Part shown: positions 39,302-48,841 of the stretch, in pieces
How the letters are laid out: every line of letters begins with the position of its first letter
How positions within the stretch are numbered: position 1 is the stretch's first letter
DNA from: an uncultured Planctomycetota bacterium
Lineage (GTDB): Bacteria > Planctomycetota > Planctomycetia > Pirellulales > Lacipirellulaceae
DNA: 64,000 bases
Reading direction: 5' to 3'
Assembly: GCA_963719315.1 (NCBI GenBank)
Contig: CAVRBU010000006.1
Coordinates: 128,001 to 192,000, forward strand
Translations under genes and position numbers: made by a program
The notes under the pieces: generated by a model
Database searches by the model: none
Told to the model about the DNA's origin: nothing
Seen by the model: only the letters and a program-made list of their open reading frames with translations

Positions 39302-40108
39302 TCATTGGTTGGCCAGCGCTCCACCCGCTACTGGTTGTGGAACAATTGCGCGGGTCGCGGCGACGTTGGCGGCGACCGTGGTGGCCGTGTATTTCAGGCC
39401 CATCAGGAATCGCTGCGAGGCCATGTACTCGTCGCGGGGCAGCAAGCTGATTTCGCGTCGCAGTGCCTCGGACCACCGATCGACGGCGCGGGCGATCTCG
39501 GTGGCCGTTTCGGCCTGCGGATCGGCGTATGCGAATTGTTGCTGATAGAGCTGCTCGATCTGGGCCCGTTGCTGCACGAATCTATCGGAAGTCAGGGCAG
39601 CCGGCCAGTAAATCGCGCCGGTGATCCTATCCAGTTCGGCGGACGAAAGTTGGTAGGCCTGCCGGTAGACCGTGGCTGCGCGTTGGTCGGCGAGCTGCCG
39701 GCCGGCGGCGAGTTGGGCATTGCGTGCTTGTCGAGCTTGGATGCGGGCGACCTCCCACATCTTTTTCTGCGTCAGCAGCGCTTCGGTTTGCTTGAGATCG
39801 TTTTCGCGGTCTAACCAGCGGGCTTGTTGCCGCAAGATTTGGGCCTGGCTCTCACTGAGTTGGAAGTTGCCCCAGGCTTGAATCACCGCAGCTTTGCCGC
39901 GCAAAAAACCTTCGGCGGCCGTCGAGGAATGATCTTGTGCAAAGCCGAATTCGACCGGATACGGACTAACTGGTTGGTGAAACGGTCCGGGCGGATTGGA
40001 GCTGTAATTCTCCGGCGATTGACCAACACTCGTGGTGGCGATCGCCAAGGTGGCCAGCGAAGCTGCCAGTGCCAAAACGCATCGATTTGTGGAAAAAGTA
40101 AGAGACAT
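39302..40108 (-). CDS. Secreted hypothetical protein
   Basis: Signal peptide; HSSTAAEGFLRG; LSSAELDRITGAIYWPAAL. Confidence 0.75.
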   Translation of the reverse strand: MSLTFSTNRCVLALAASLATLAIATTSVGQSPENYSSNPPGPFHQPVSPYPVEFGFAQDHSSTAAEGFLRGKAAVIQAWGNFQLSESQAQILRQQARWLDRENDLKQTEALLTQKKMWEVARIQARQARNAQLAAGRQLADQRAATVYRQAYQLSSAELDRITGAIYWPAALTSDRFVQQRAQIEQLYQQQFAYADPQAETATEIARAVDRWSEALRREISLLPRDEYMASQRFLMGLKYTATTVAANVAATRAIVPQPVAGGALANQ

Positions 40109-40340
40109 GATGGTTCAACCTCCTGAAAAAGGGCGGGGTTCTATCCATCAGCTCTTACGGGCCAGTCGGCGGCTGTTACAGCCAGGCCCAATCAAAGTTT
40201 CCAGCAGCGGCATTTGTAGGGTGAGCCGAGTCCGCGAGACCCACCGATAAGCCTAGATTCCTGCTGAGATCGTTTGAAGTATTTCTTGGATTTCTCCGTG
40301 TTCTCCGTGCCTCCGTGGTAATTCTTGTGAGAAATGCGGG

Positions 40341-41081
40341 TTACGCGGCGTAACCGCCGTCGACCAGGAACGTAGCGCCCGTGACGTAGCTCGCGGCGTC
40401 GCTCGCGAGGTGGGCGACCATGGCGGCGATATCGTCGCCTGTGCCGTAGCGGCCGAGCGCGGTGAGGGCCCGCTGCATATCGGCCCCGTCGCCACTCGCC
40501 GGATTCATGTCGGTGTCGATCGGGCCCGGCGCGACGACATTGACCGTGATCCCGCGCGAACCGAAGTCGCGGGCCAAACCGCGCGTCAGGCCGGCGACGG
40601 CCGCCTTGGTCATCGAGTAGAGCGTAATGCCGGGCCCGGCCACCCGCTCGGCAACGCAGCTTCCAACCGTGATGATGCGGCCGCCTTTCTGCATGTGCCG
40701 GCTCGCGGCCTGAATGGCGACGATCGGAGCCTTCACGTTGACGGCCCACAGGCGTTCCAGGTCCTCGGGCGACGTGTCGTCGAACTTCGCCGCGATAAAG
40801 ATGCCGGCGTTGTTCACCAGGATATCGAGCCGGCCAAGTTCGGCGGCCACCTTATCGACGGCGGCTTTCACCGCGCCGGCGTCGGCGCTATCGGCTTGAA
40901 TGGCCAGCCCGCGGCGGCCCAACTTTTCGATCTCGGCCACGACCGCGCGAGCTTTGTCCGGGGAACGGTTGTAAGTGATGGCGACATCCGCGCCGTCGCC
41001 GGCGAGCCGCCGCGCGATGGCGGCGCCAATGCCGCGGCTGGCACCGGTGACTAAGGCGACTTTGCCTTGGAGCGAGGACAT
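40341..41081 (-). CDS. SDR family oxidoreductase
   Basis: TGASRGIG, LVNNAG, YSMTK, VAPGPIDT. Confidence 0.95.
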   Translation of the reverse strand: MSSLQGKVALVTGASRGIGAAIARRLAGDGADVAITYNRSPDKARAVVAEIEKLGRRGLAIQADSADAGAVKAAVDKVAAELGRLDILVNNAGIFIAAKFDDTSPEDLERLWAVNVKAPIVAIQAASRHMQKGGRIITVGSCVAERVAGPGITLYSMTKAAVAGLTRGLARDFGSRGITVNVVAPGPIDTDMNPASGDGADMQRALTALGRYGTGDDIAAMVAHLASDAASYVTGATFLVDGGYAA

Positions 41082-41248
41082 GGAATGTTCCTTTGTGGTC
41101 GTGTTAAGCCTGTTGAAGAGTTGCAAGTGAAAACAAAGGCGTCGGGAACTGAATCTGGATTCGGTTCCTTACACCTATTTCCTTTTTCCCTCCACCTTTT
41201 TCCCTCCGAGTGTCACCCATCACTATATCGTTTGGATTTGCGTTCCGT

Positions 41249-41485
41249 TTACTTCTTACCCTCGCTTGGAAGCAGTTGTGTTACTTTGGATTTCAAGTCG
41301 TCGAGCGTCGTCGCGGCTAACTGCTTTATGACTCCCCCATCACGATCGCTCACCAACAACTTAAATCCGGACGGATCGTTGCCGGTGAATGAAGTATGGC
41401 CTGCCGAATTGGGTGTCAACTTAATGTTTGCTGCTTGGGGCCACACTTTTCGTGCAATTGATACAATCTCTTCGCTACTTGCCAT
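41249..41485 (-). CDS. Small hypothetical protein (low GC)
   Basis: 78-aa ORF with AGGAG RBS. Confidence 0.55.
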   Translation of the reverse strand: MASSEEIVSIARKVWPQAANIKLTPNSAGHTSFTGNDPSGFKLLVSDRDGGVIKQLAATTLDDLKSKVTQLLPSEGKK

Positions 41486-41831
41486 CGCATGTTCTCCTGT
41501 TATTTGCGGTTGAAAGGCCGATCGACATACTAAAACTTCGGCTGACGTGATTCTAGCTCATTGGCCAGTCTATTCCGTTTCTCAGTGTAGGTTCAACTTC
41601 TCGCCCATATAGTGATTTGGAGTAGCGTATGTAAGCGTACTTTCGATCTCTGTCGATTAAATCGAATTTGATAACTAAGGCCATGGCGACCACCAAACGA
41701 AAGCTCGGGAGGGAATCTACTCTGGATCGTCAACTATCTATCGTTTTCTGCTTGCAAATCCCGTTGGTCGATGTCTAATCACAGAGTGTGGATTTCCTCA
41801 CGTTTTTGTGGCTAATAGGAGCTCGAATGGT

Positions 41832-42527
41832 ATGAAGAAGTGGCTCCCAATCATTATTATTTGCCTGATTGTGCTCAGCCTAAAAGTCCCTGGGTACATA
41901 ATGAAGAAGAGTGTGGAACGGTCGTTGGCAGAATTGCAAGTCCCAACCAAACCTCCAGCACCGATTGCGAGCAAGACGGCAGAATTACCAGTCGCATCCA
42001 AACCCATTCCTTGGGTCGCGAGGTCGCTGGCAAAACTACCAGTCGCATCCAATCCTCTGCCGCCAGATGCGGGAAAGACGTATGAGAATTCTGCCAACGG
42101 TTTCTCGATTGTCTTCCCGCAAGATTGGACTGTCAAAGAGCCCTTGCTTAATGGCGCGATCGTCATCAAAGCCATTCGTTCGGGGGATGATCATAAACTG
42201 GCAACCTTGAATATTAAAAAGCACCAAATTGACTCGTCGGTTGACTTTAGATCTATAACACCCCAGCAGCTTTTCGACGAAAACTGCGCAAATGAGGGAC
42301 CACTTCTAGACTCCGCAACCGAAAACGTGAATGGACGCATCGCCACCTGGTTTGAAACTAAGTATACGATTTTTGGCTTTCAGTCTTACGCTGTTACATT
42401 CGTACTGGAAAACGATGGCACTATTTTCTGCCTCCAAGGGATCATTGTCACGGAAGACCCCGCGTGGATCGATGCCAACGCCCTTAACATTCTTCAATCC
42501 ATTCGTTCTTTCAAGTTCACCAAGTAA
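41832..42527 (+). CDS. Membrane-anchored protein with PsbP-like domain (low GC)
   Basis: N-terminal TM; duplicated ELPVASKP/KLPVASNP linker; YENSANGFSIVFPQDW...ILQSIRSFKF. Confidence 0.65.
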   Translation: MKKWLPIIIICLIVLSLKVPGYIMKKSVERSLAELQVPTKPPAPIASKTAELPVASKPIPWVARSLAKLPVASNPLPPDAGKTYENSANGFSIVFPQDWTVKEPLLNGAIVIKAIRSGDDHKLATLNIKKHQIDSSVDFRSITPQQLFDENCANEGPLLDSATENVNGRIATWFETKYTIFGFQSYAVTFVLENDGTIFCLQGIIVTEDPAWIDANALNILQSIRSFKFTK

Positions 42528-42539
42528 TGTAGGTCTGCG

Positions 42540-42776
42540 ATGGCGATCAACTGGGAGAAAAGGGAAGCGGGCCTCAGATGGGGATTCGGATGTGGGATCG
42601 CTTTTTTTATTTATCAAGCATTCATGGAGGAACGCATGTTCCAAGGGACGAATCCCCTGTGGCAAGATGTCCTCCTATCTACGATCTGCATTGGAACGCC
42701 TATCCTCGCCGTCTTTCTTTTTTACTGGCCGAAACAGAAGCGTACGCAGGAATCAGCCAAGTCGGAAAAAGATTAA
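42540..42776 (+). CDS. Small 2-TM membrane protein (low GC)
   Basis: 78-aa ORF 12 bp after the previous stop. Confidence 0.45.
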   Translation: MAINWEKREAGLRWGFGCGIAFFIYQAFMEERMFQGTNPLWQDVLLSTICIGTPILAVFLFYWPKQKRTQESAKSEKD

Positions 42777-42930
42777 TAGGCAATCGAATCACTCGATTGT
42801 AAATACCCACTGCTCCTTGATCCATTCCGCCCAGGGTTTCGATACGCCAGAGAAAACAGGCAACTCAAAGGCGTCGGCAACCGAATCCGATGATGCCCCG
42901 CGTCATCCCTTCTTGCTTACCGGCCAAAAA

Positions 42931-43043
42931 GAATAAATTAAAGGGGACGAATAAATTAAAGGGGACGGGAGTCATTGTTGCATGATTTGACTCCCGTCCC
43001 CTTTGTGCGCCCCTTTGTGCGCCCCGTCCCCTTTGTGCGCCCC
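42931..43043. repeat. AAAGGGGACGGGAGTC-type inverted repeat with tandemly duplicated ends
   Basis: (gaataaattaaaggggac)x2 gggagtca ... tgactcccgtcccctttgtgcg, with ccctttgtgcg repeated three times. Confidence 0.8.
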
Positions 43044-43265
43044 AAAGGGCTGCTGCTGTCGGGCAGTCTATCTCAGAACCCTTAGATAATGCATTTACTT
43101 TATGGACGACGCGCGGCGCCAAGAATCATTGCTTGCGCCGCGGGCCTTGATCGTCTTTTTCGGGTGCCCTCAATTATTCGGGTGTTGTGCGGCGGCTGCA
43201 AGCATCGTTAAGGCTTACACAAGAATTACAGGGTCAAACGAATCAACCTAATTCGCTCTGATTTC

Positions 43266-44222
43266 CTATTCCAATCCACTGCAACTTCGTGTTCGTGTAC
43301 ATGCAATCCCGAGTATTGCAATAGCGAGAAGAGCTGACATGCTCGGCTCAGGAACAATGCTGACCACGCGAAAGCCCACTTCCAGGAACTCGCTGGATGC
43401 GCCGACGACGTTTCCGTGTGTTGAAGACATTTCGCTCGCAAACTGTCCCCAGTCGCCACCACGGATTGCGCGGCCGAACAAATCCGGCATATTACTCATA
43501 TTCACATTCAGATTGGTTTCATTCCATTCCAGTGCGTTTCCGCCCTGGCCCATCGTACCGTAGGGACTCAATCCGCCCGCTTGCGTAATGTCCGCTGGGC
43601 CAACCTGCAGAAATACGGCGGTGCCTGGCGCGACTCCGCTAGGCACAGACGCAGGCGGAGTGTCGCTACCGGTCGGGTAATCGAAATATGTTCCGCTCGG
43701 TGGCTCGAAATAGGCCGCTTTGTACCATTCGTTCACGCTCGGCAAAAAATACTGGGAGAAACTGTTACGAAAAACGTTCGCAGCGTCATAACCCGGGTCA
43801 CTGGGCTGCCAGAATTGAAACGACCCAGCGCCGTCGAACTTGTACGCCGCTGGATGACCGCTGCTCGTGTTGAGCCAATTGACGAACTTGGCCGCCTCGT
43901 ACCAAGTGACTTCTGTGACCGGCTTGTTCGGACCGCGCATTGTCTTGGTGATTCCCAGCCCGCCCAAGGTGTTCGCCTTGTCGATCATCTGTTCGGAGAT
44001 TTCGTACTTCCCCATGCGGTACGAATAATCAACCGACCCCGCCTGGATAGGACGGCCGGTCGTGTCCGGCGGATTCCCCGGGTTGCCGATCGTCACGAAG
44101 TCGATCTGAAAAGAATTCGTCCCGCTGCCGAACGTGTCGGCCATCGAAGGCGAACCGAATACAAGCGCGCTCAGACTGAAAGCGAGCAAGAAGAAAGAGG
44201 AGCTCCGTTTCATTAGACTCAC
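43266..44222 (-). CDS. PEP-CTERM protein with formylglycine-generating-enzyme (SUMF1-like) domain
   Basis: Signal peptide; FVTIGNPGN; MGKYEIS; LPSVNEWYKAAY; GQGGNALEW; RGGDW; GFRV; VPEPSMSALLAIAILG. Confidence 0.9.
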   Translation of the reverse strand: MSLMKRSSSFFLLAFSLSALVFGSPSMADTFGSGTNSFQIDFVTIGNPGNPPDTTGRPIQAGSVDYSYRMGKYEISEQMIDKANTLGGLGITKTMRGPNKPVTEVTWYEAAKFVNWLNTSSGHPAAYKFDGAGSFQFWQPSDPGYDAANVFRNSFSQYFLPSVNEWYKAAYFEPPSGTYFDYPTGSDTPPASVPSGVAPGTAVFLQVGPADITQAGGLSPYGTMGQGGNALEWNETNLNVNMSNMPDLFGRAIRGGDWGQFASEMSSTHGNVVGASSEFLEVGFRVVSIVPEPSMSALLAIAILGIACTRTRSCSGLE

Positions 44223-44953
44223 CTCAAACTACGAGCGGACATAGACATACCCCGCCGAACGGCGCATTGCAAGCCTTCTATTCAGGTCATCGCCAGCCAC
44301 TTATTCCAATGCCAACGCCGCGCCCGAAAGGCCACCCTTCAATATAGCCACCCCGCATGAAGCCGCCCCAATAAAGGGAGATAAAACAGTCAAGAACCGA
44401 ATCCGATGATGCCCCGCGTCATCTTTTCCCTTCCCGCGGACCGGCCAAAAAAAGTCGTGGAATCGCCGGCTTGAAAATGCTACAGTCCGGGCACGCTGCA
44501 TTGCGACGGCGTTTGTTCCTTGAAAATTTAGAGGAAGCTGTTAGCTATTAGCTGTTAGCTATCAGTCAGAGGTTGCGCGGTCTCCCGGCGTGCTCGCTCA
44601 ATTCTCCGCCAACCCCGGCCGTCGCCGCGTTTTCAAGCCTCGACCGCACTGGCTAACAACTAAATCCTGCCAGATTCCAGCTTCTTAGAGAGCAAACTCG
44701 CCTACTATTGCACGTCCCATGCACGCCCGAACCACTGGATTTCCAGCGGCTCGTCGCACGAGCGCCGCGCGAAAAGGAGGACTTTTGCACGCGAAAAAAA
44801 ATTTTCACGCGTCCGCACAATCGGACTCCCTTGCCGCCCAACGACTTGCGAATTCCATTGCGCGAAGCCTTCGCGCAAAACTCACGGCGTGGATGAGTCT
44901 CGCACTCGACGAAGCTCGGCGAAAACAAAGGGAACGGCTCTGTAGAAAAGATC

Positions 44954-45116
44954 TGTGGGAGGCCTCTCCGAGGCCGATGTCGTGTTCCATTTTCCGACGT
45001 TCTTCGGCGTCGTAGTGATCGAGAGCGGAGGGTCGAGAGTCGAGGGCCAGAGAGCTACTCGACCGCTGTCTTGAATCCGGCTCTCGACACTCGACTCTAG
45101 ACCCTCGACCTCCCGC
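44954..45116. repeat. GTGGGAGG-type REP doublet interrupted by an inverted heptamer element
   Basis: tgtgggaggcctctccgaggccga...tcggcgtcg[gagggtcgagagtcgaggg...ctctcgacactcgactctagaccctcga]cctcccgc. Confidence 0.75.
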
Positions 45117-45250
45117 GAATAGACGAAGTTATTCATGATTCGCCGGCGCGTTCGGAGCTGCCAGCATCGTTGGGGCTTGAGGTTGACCGGTGGGGCGAAT
45201 CGCCCTAATCTCCGCCCCTCGCCACACACTTTTCTAGCAAGGATGAATCG

Positions 45251-46423
45251 ATGCCCACCGACAAAGTTGCGGTCCCCCCGCCGGCAGTTCCGATGTTGGA
45301 TGTGAATCGCGAGAATTCGCGACTAGCCGCCGAATTGGAAGCGGCGATGGCGGAGGTATCGCGATCGGGAGCGTTCGTGCATGGGCCGGCGTGCCACAAA
45401 TTCGAAGCCGAGATGGCCAGGTACTGCGGCGCGAAGCATGCGATTGGTTGCGCGTCGGGCAGCGATGCGCTGCTGTTGACGCTTTTGGCGCTGGGCGTGG
45501 GTCCGGGCGATGAAGTCATCGTGCCGAGCTTCACATTTTTCGCGACCGCGAGCGCCGTGTGGCGACTCGGCGCGAAGCCGGTGTTCGCCGACATCGTGCC
45601 GGAGACATTCAACCTCGACCCGGCCGACGTGCTTTACAAGATCAGCACGGCCACAAAGGCCATCATCCCGGTGCACTTGTTCGGGCAATGTGCCGACATG
45701 AACAAAATTCGACAGATCGCGAGCGCGGCCCGCGGAGTTCCCATCATCGAGGATTCGTGCCAGGCGATCGGCGCCGAGTATCACGGTGTGCGTACCGGCT
45801 CGTTGGGCGCGGCGGCCTGCTTCAGTTTTTATCCGACCAAGAACTTGGGCGGCTTCGGCGACGGCGGATTGATTACGACTGATGATGCTGAGTTAGGGGA
45901 AAAACTACGCGTGCTCCGCGACCACGGTCAGCAGCCGCGGTACTATCATCACTTTGTGGGTCTCAACAGCCGGCTCGATGCGCTACAGGCGGCGGTGCTG
46001 AGCGTGAAGCTGCCACACCTGGACGCATGGGCGGCGGCACGGAAGCGGCATGCCGACCGTTATCGGGCGGAATTCGATCGGCGCGGCATCGGCGCGGCAG
46101 TGGTTGCACCGACGACGGCCGACGATTGTCAGCATGTATGGAACCAATACACGGTCCGCGTGAAGAACGGCCGCCGCGACGCATTGCAGAAGCACCTGGC
46201 CGATCGCAAAATCGGCGCGGCCATTTATTACCCGGTGCCGCTCCACTTGCAAAAGTGCTTCGGCGCGCTCGGTTGCGAAGCGGGCAGCTTGCCCGTGACC
46301 GAACAGGCGTGCCGCGAGGTATTGTCGCTGCCCGTTTATCCAGAGCTGACCGAGGCCGAGCAAGGCGCGGTGATCGACGCGATCGCGGAATTCTGCCAGG
46401 CGAAAAGCCGGGCGGCAGCGTGA
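45251..46423 (+). CDS. DegT/DnrJ/EryC1/StrS aminotransferase
   Basis: ASGSDALLL, PSFTFFATA, IPVHLFGQ, IEDSCQA, SFYPTKNLGGFGDGG. Confidence 0.95.
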   Translation: MPTDKVAVPPPAVPMLDVNRENSRLAAELEAAMAEVSRSGAFVHGPACHKFEAEMARYCGAKHAIGCASGSDALLLTLLALGVGPGDEVIVPSFTFFATASAVWRLGAKPVFADIVPETFNLDPADVLYKISTATKAIIPVHLFGQCADMNKIRQIASAARGVPIIEDSCQAIGAEYHGVRTGSLGAAACFSFYPTKNLGGFGDGGLITTDDAELGEKLRVLRDHGQQPRYYHHFVGLNSRLDALQAAVLSVKLPHLDAWAAARKRHADRYRAEFDRRGIGAAVVAPTTADDCQHVWNQYTVRVKNGRRDALQKHLADRKIGAAIYYPVPLHLQKCFGALGCEAGSLPVTEQACREVLSLPVYPELTEAEQGAVIDAIAEFCQAKSRAAA

Positions 46424-46427
46424 TAGC

Positions 46428-46506
46428 GGGTCGAGAGTCGAGGGTCTAGGGCCAGAAAAGCTGTATTTGTTTCCGACCCTAGACCCTCAACCCTAGACCC
46501 TCGACC
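46428..46506. repeat. Inverted heptamer-repeat element between convergent genes
   Basis: gggtcgagagtcgagggtctaggg ... ccctagaccctcaaccctagaccctcgacc. Confidence 0.85.
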
Positions 46507-46515
46507 ATGCCCCTA

Positions 46516-46701
46516 CTAATCCTTTGGGCGTTTTACTTCGTACGTCCGTCTGGTGGGTATGAGCGTGATGGCCAGGCCGAGAGCCGTTCCGAGAATCACG
46601 ATGGCCCAGGAGACGCTCAATCCCTTGCCGCCGGAACTGGCCGGAGTTTCTATGCTGGATTTCTTCGCGAGCAGGATTAGGAACTCGAATGCTTGGTGCA
46701 T
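46516..46701 (-). CDS. Small membrane protein
   Basis: One TM (VSWAIVILGTALGLAITLIP) followed by a basic tail. Confidence 0.55.
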   Translation of the reverse strand: MHQAFEFLILLAKKSSIETPASSGGKGLSVSWAIVILGTALGLAITLIPTRRTYEVKRPKD

Positions 46702-46741
46702 GGTTGAGACGTGCCGATGTTTGAGGTGGCGCCAGCGGCCG

Positions 46742-47320
46742 CTACGCTTCCCATTCTAGATGAGCGGGCAGTTCCTGCCAATCTGCCGTTACGACGGGGG
46801 CGGCGGAGAGTGTGCCGGTGAGCCAGTCTTCGAGCGGGCGGGCCGCGCGGCGGAACAGGCCGGTCGGCATGGCCACGGTGTCCCAGCTATCGGACAGGGG
46901 CCGGGCGTGCGGCACGTAATCGGCCAGACGAACGCCGAGGAAGCCGTAGTGGTCGCCGCGGAACTCGAAAATCTGCTCGCGTGGCAGCGGCGACCGGCTG
47001 GCCACCAATTGGTAAGCGAACACCAACATCGGGCAGAAGCCGGGGCCGAAATGGTTTTGCCAGGTGGCGAGGCTCCGCAAGTCGTCGCGCGTGGACCAGT
47101 TCTTCCAATACTGGTGATGCTCATCACCGGACGGAAAGCGGCGGCCCTTCACGTCGACTAACCACGAAATCTGGCCGGGCGGCGAGACGATGAAGTCGAG
47201 GCTCTTGAGCGAACCGCCCGCCACCAGGCTGCGGCGCGCTTCATCGACGGCGATGTACGGCAAGCGGCGAGCACGAAGGTATTCTTCGAAGGCCGCTTCG
47301 TAATGGTTGTCGCGGTTCAT
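46742..47320 (-). CDS. HYExAFE family protein
   Basis: NHYEAAFEEYLR; LKSLDFIV; LVDVKGRRFP (nuclease-like D..DxK). Confidence 0.88.
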   Translation of the reverse strand: MNRDNHYEAAFEEYLRARRLPYIAVDEARRSLVAGGSLKSLDFIVSPPGQISWLVDVKGRRFPSGDEHHQYWKNWSTRDDLRSLATWQNHFGPGFCPMLVFAYQLVASRSPLPREQIFEFRGDHYGFLGVRLADYVPHARPLSDSWDTVAMPTGLFRRAARPLEDWLTGTLSAAPVVTADWQELPAHLEWEA

Positions 47321-47327
47321 GGGGATT

Positions 47328-47389
47328 AGGTGTCGGGTGTCGGGTGTCGGGTGTCAGGTGTCGGATTGTGAATCTGATCCCCGACATCT
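47328..47389. repeat. Inverted heptamer-repeat element between hisS and the HYExAFE gene
   Basis: aggtgtcgggtgtcgggtgtcgggtgtcaggtgtcgg ... cccgacatct. Confidence 0.85.
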
Positions 47390-48751
47390 ACTCTTGTACA
47401 CTACTTTGTTTAGGTCGCCAAGATGCGTTGGATCTCGTGCGACGAGTTCGGCGGCGTTGTCGGCGAGGGAGGCGGTCGTGCTGTTGCCGTTGGATAGATC
47501 TTTGACCTGGCACGCGCCGGCGTCGAACTCACGTTGGCCGGCGATTACGGCGACGCGGAAGCCTTTTCGGTCGGCGTATTGCAGTTGTTTGCCGAGTTTG
47601 ACTGGCTCGGGGTAAACTTCCGTGGCTAGCCCGGCGGTGCGTAGCACCGCGGCAATTTGGAAGTAGTCGCCGAGGTGGGCGGCGTCGAAGTAGGGGATGA
47701 AGACTTGGGCTGGCGTTTGCACGGCCGGGAGCATGCCGAGTTCTTCCATCGCGCCTAAGAGTCGATCGAGGCCGAGCGACGCGCCGATGCCGGGCAATTG
47801 TTGTTTGGTGTACAGCTCGGCCAGGTTATCGTAACGACCGCCGCTGCAGACGCTACCGAATTCCGGTTTGTCATTGAGCAGCGTTTCGAGCACGGTGCCC
47901 GTGTAATAGTCGAGGCCGCGGGCGATGGAGACATCGAGCTTGATGTGACTCTCCGGAACGCCGGCGGCGCGGACGGCATTCCACAGTTCGGCGAGCCGCT
48001 CAATGCCTTCGAGCCCGCGCTGACTACTGCCGACTAAGGGACGGAGCTGCGTGAGCACGGCGTCGTTCGTGCCGGTGAGCTGCACCATCTGAACGACTTG
48101 CCGCGCTTGTGCTTCCGATGCGCCGGCCGTTTCGCACATCTCTTCGACCACGCGATCGGGGCCGATTTTTGCCAGCTTGTCGATGGCCCGCAGGATGTCG
48201 GTCGAGCGTTCGGCGAGCCCCAACGATTCGAGCAATCCGTTGAGCACGAGTCGATTGTTGACGTGAATCGTGAACCGCTCGAAGCCGATTGCTCGCAGTA
48301 AGTCGTGGGCGACGAGCACGGTCTCGGCGTCGGCGGCCGTTCCAGTCGTGCCGATCGTGTCGAAATCGCATTGCATGAACTCGCGGTAGCGGCCGCGCTG
48401 CGTGTTCTCTCCGCGCCAAACGGTGGCGATGTGGTAGCGCTTGAACGGTGTGCCTAGTTCGGCAATGTGTTGTGCGGCGAAGCGGGCCAGCGGCACGGTG
48501 AGATCGAAGCGGAGGCCGACATCGCGGCCGCCGTGGTCTTGGAATTTGTAGAGTTGCTTGTCGGTTTCAGCGCCTCCTTTGCCGACCAGGATTTCGAGGT
48601 ATTCCAGCGCCGGCGTATCAATCGGGCTGAAGCCGTACGAACGAAACACGCGCCGCGCGGTGTCGATGATCTGCTCACGCGGCAGCATGGCTTGCGGCAG
48701 GTAGTCGCGGAAGCCTTTGAGCGTGCGGGGTTGGATGGGGGGAGAGGACAT
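47354..48751 (-). CDS. hisS: Histidine--tRNA ligase
   Basis: PRTLKGFRDYLP, LRFDLTVP, VWRGENTQRGRYREFMQCDFD, ARGLDYYTG, GGRYD; a 1-bp indel near 47440 probably hides the true end LVAEIQRILAT* (about 47410). Confidence 0.97.
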   Translation of the reverse strand: MSSPPIQPRTLKGFRDYLPQAMLPREQIIDTARRVFRSYGFSPIDTPALEYLEILVGKGGAETDKQLYKFQDHGGRDVGLRFDLTVPLARFAAQHIAELGTPFKRYHIATVWRGENTQRGRYREFMQCDFDTIGTTGTAADAETVLVAHDLLRAIGFERFTIHVNNRLVLNGLLESLGLAERSTDILRAIDKLAKIGPDRVVEEMCETAGASEAQARQVVQMVQLTGTNDAVLTQLRPLVGSSQRGLEGIERLAELWNAVRAAGVPESHIKLDVSIARGLDYYTGTVLETLLNDKPEFGSVCSGGRYDNLAELYTKQQLPGIGASLGLDRLLGAMEELGMLPAVQTPAQVFIPYFDAAHLGDYFQIAAVLRTAGLATEVYPEPVKLGKQLQYADRKGFRVAVIAGQREFDAGACQVKDLSNGNSTTASLADNAAELVARDPTHLGDLNKVVYKSRCRGSDSQSDT

Positions 48752-48841
48752 GCAATGGAATAGAGCGGTAGTGGAGTAGAGGATGCCTCGCCCAAAAGTT
48801 TACTCCACGACTCCACTACCGCTCTACTGCTCTTGCATTAC

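Noticed and set aside
44300..45250. rRNA or tRNA gene after the boxA-like motif
   Set aside because: No conserved rRNA segments or tRNA cloverleaf with a T-loop motif recognised.
533..48751. Frameshifts in the ABC ATPase, nrdJ, DegT-like gene, methyltransferase, 33.8-kb gene, TPR gene and hisS as programmed frameshifting or true pseudogenes
   Set aside because: They are numerous, hit unrelated and probably essential genes, and share no obvious slippery motif; assembly indels are more likely. Raw reads would decide.
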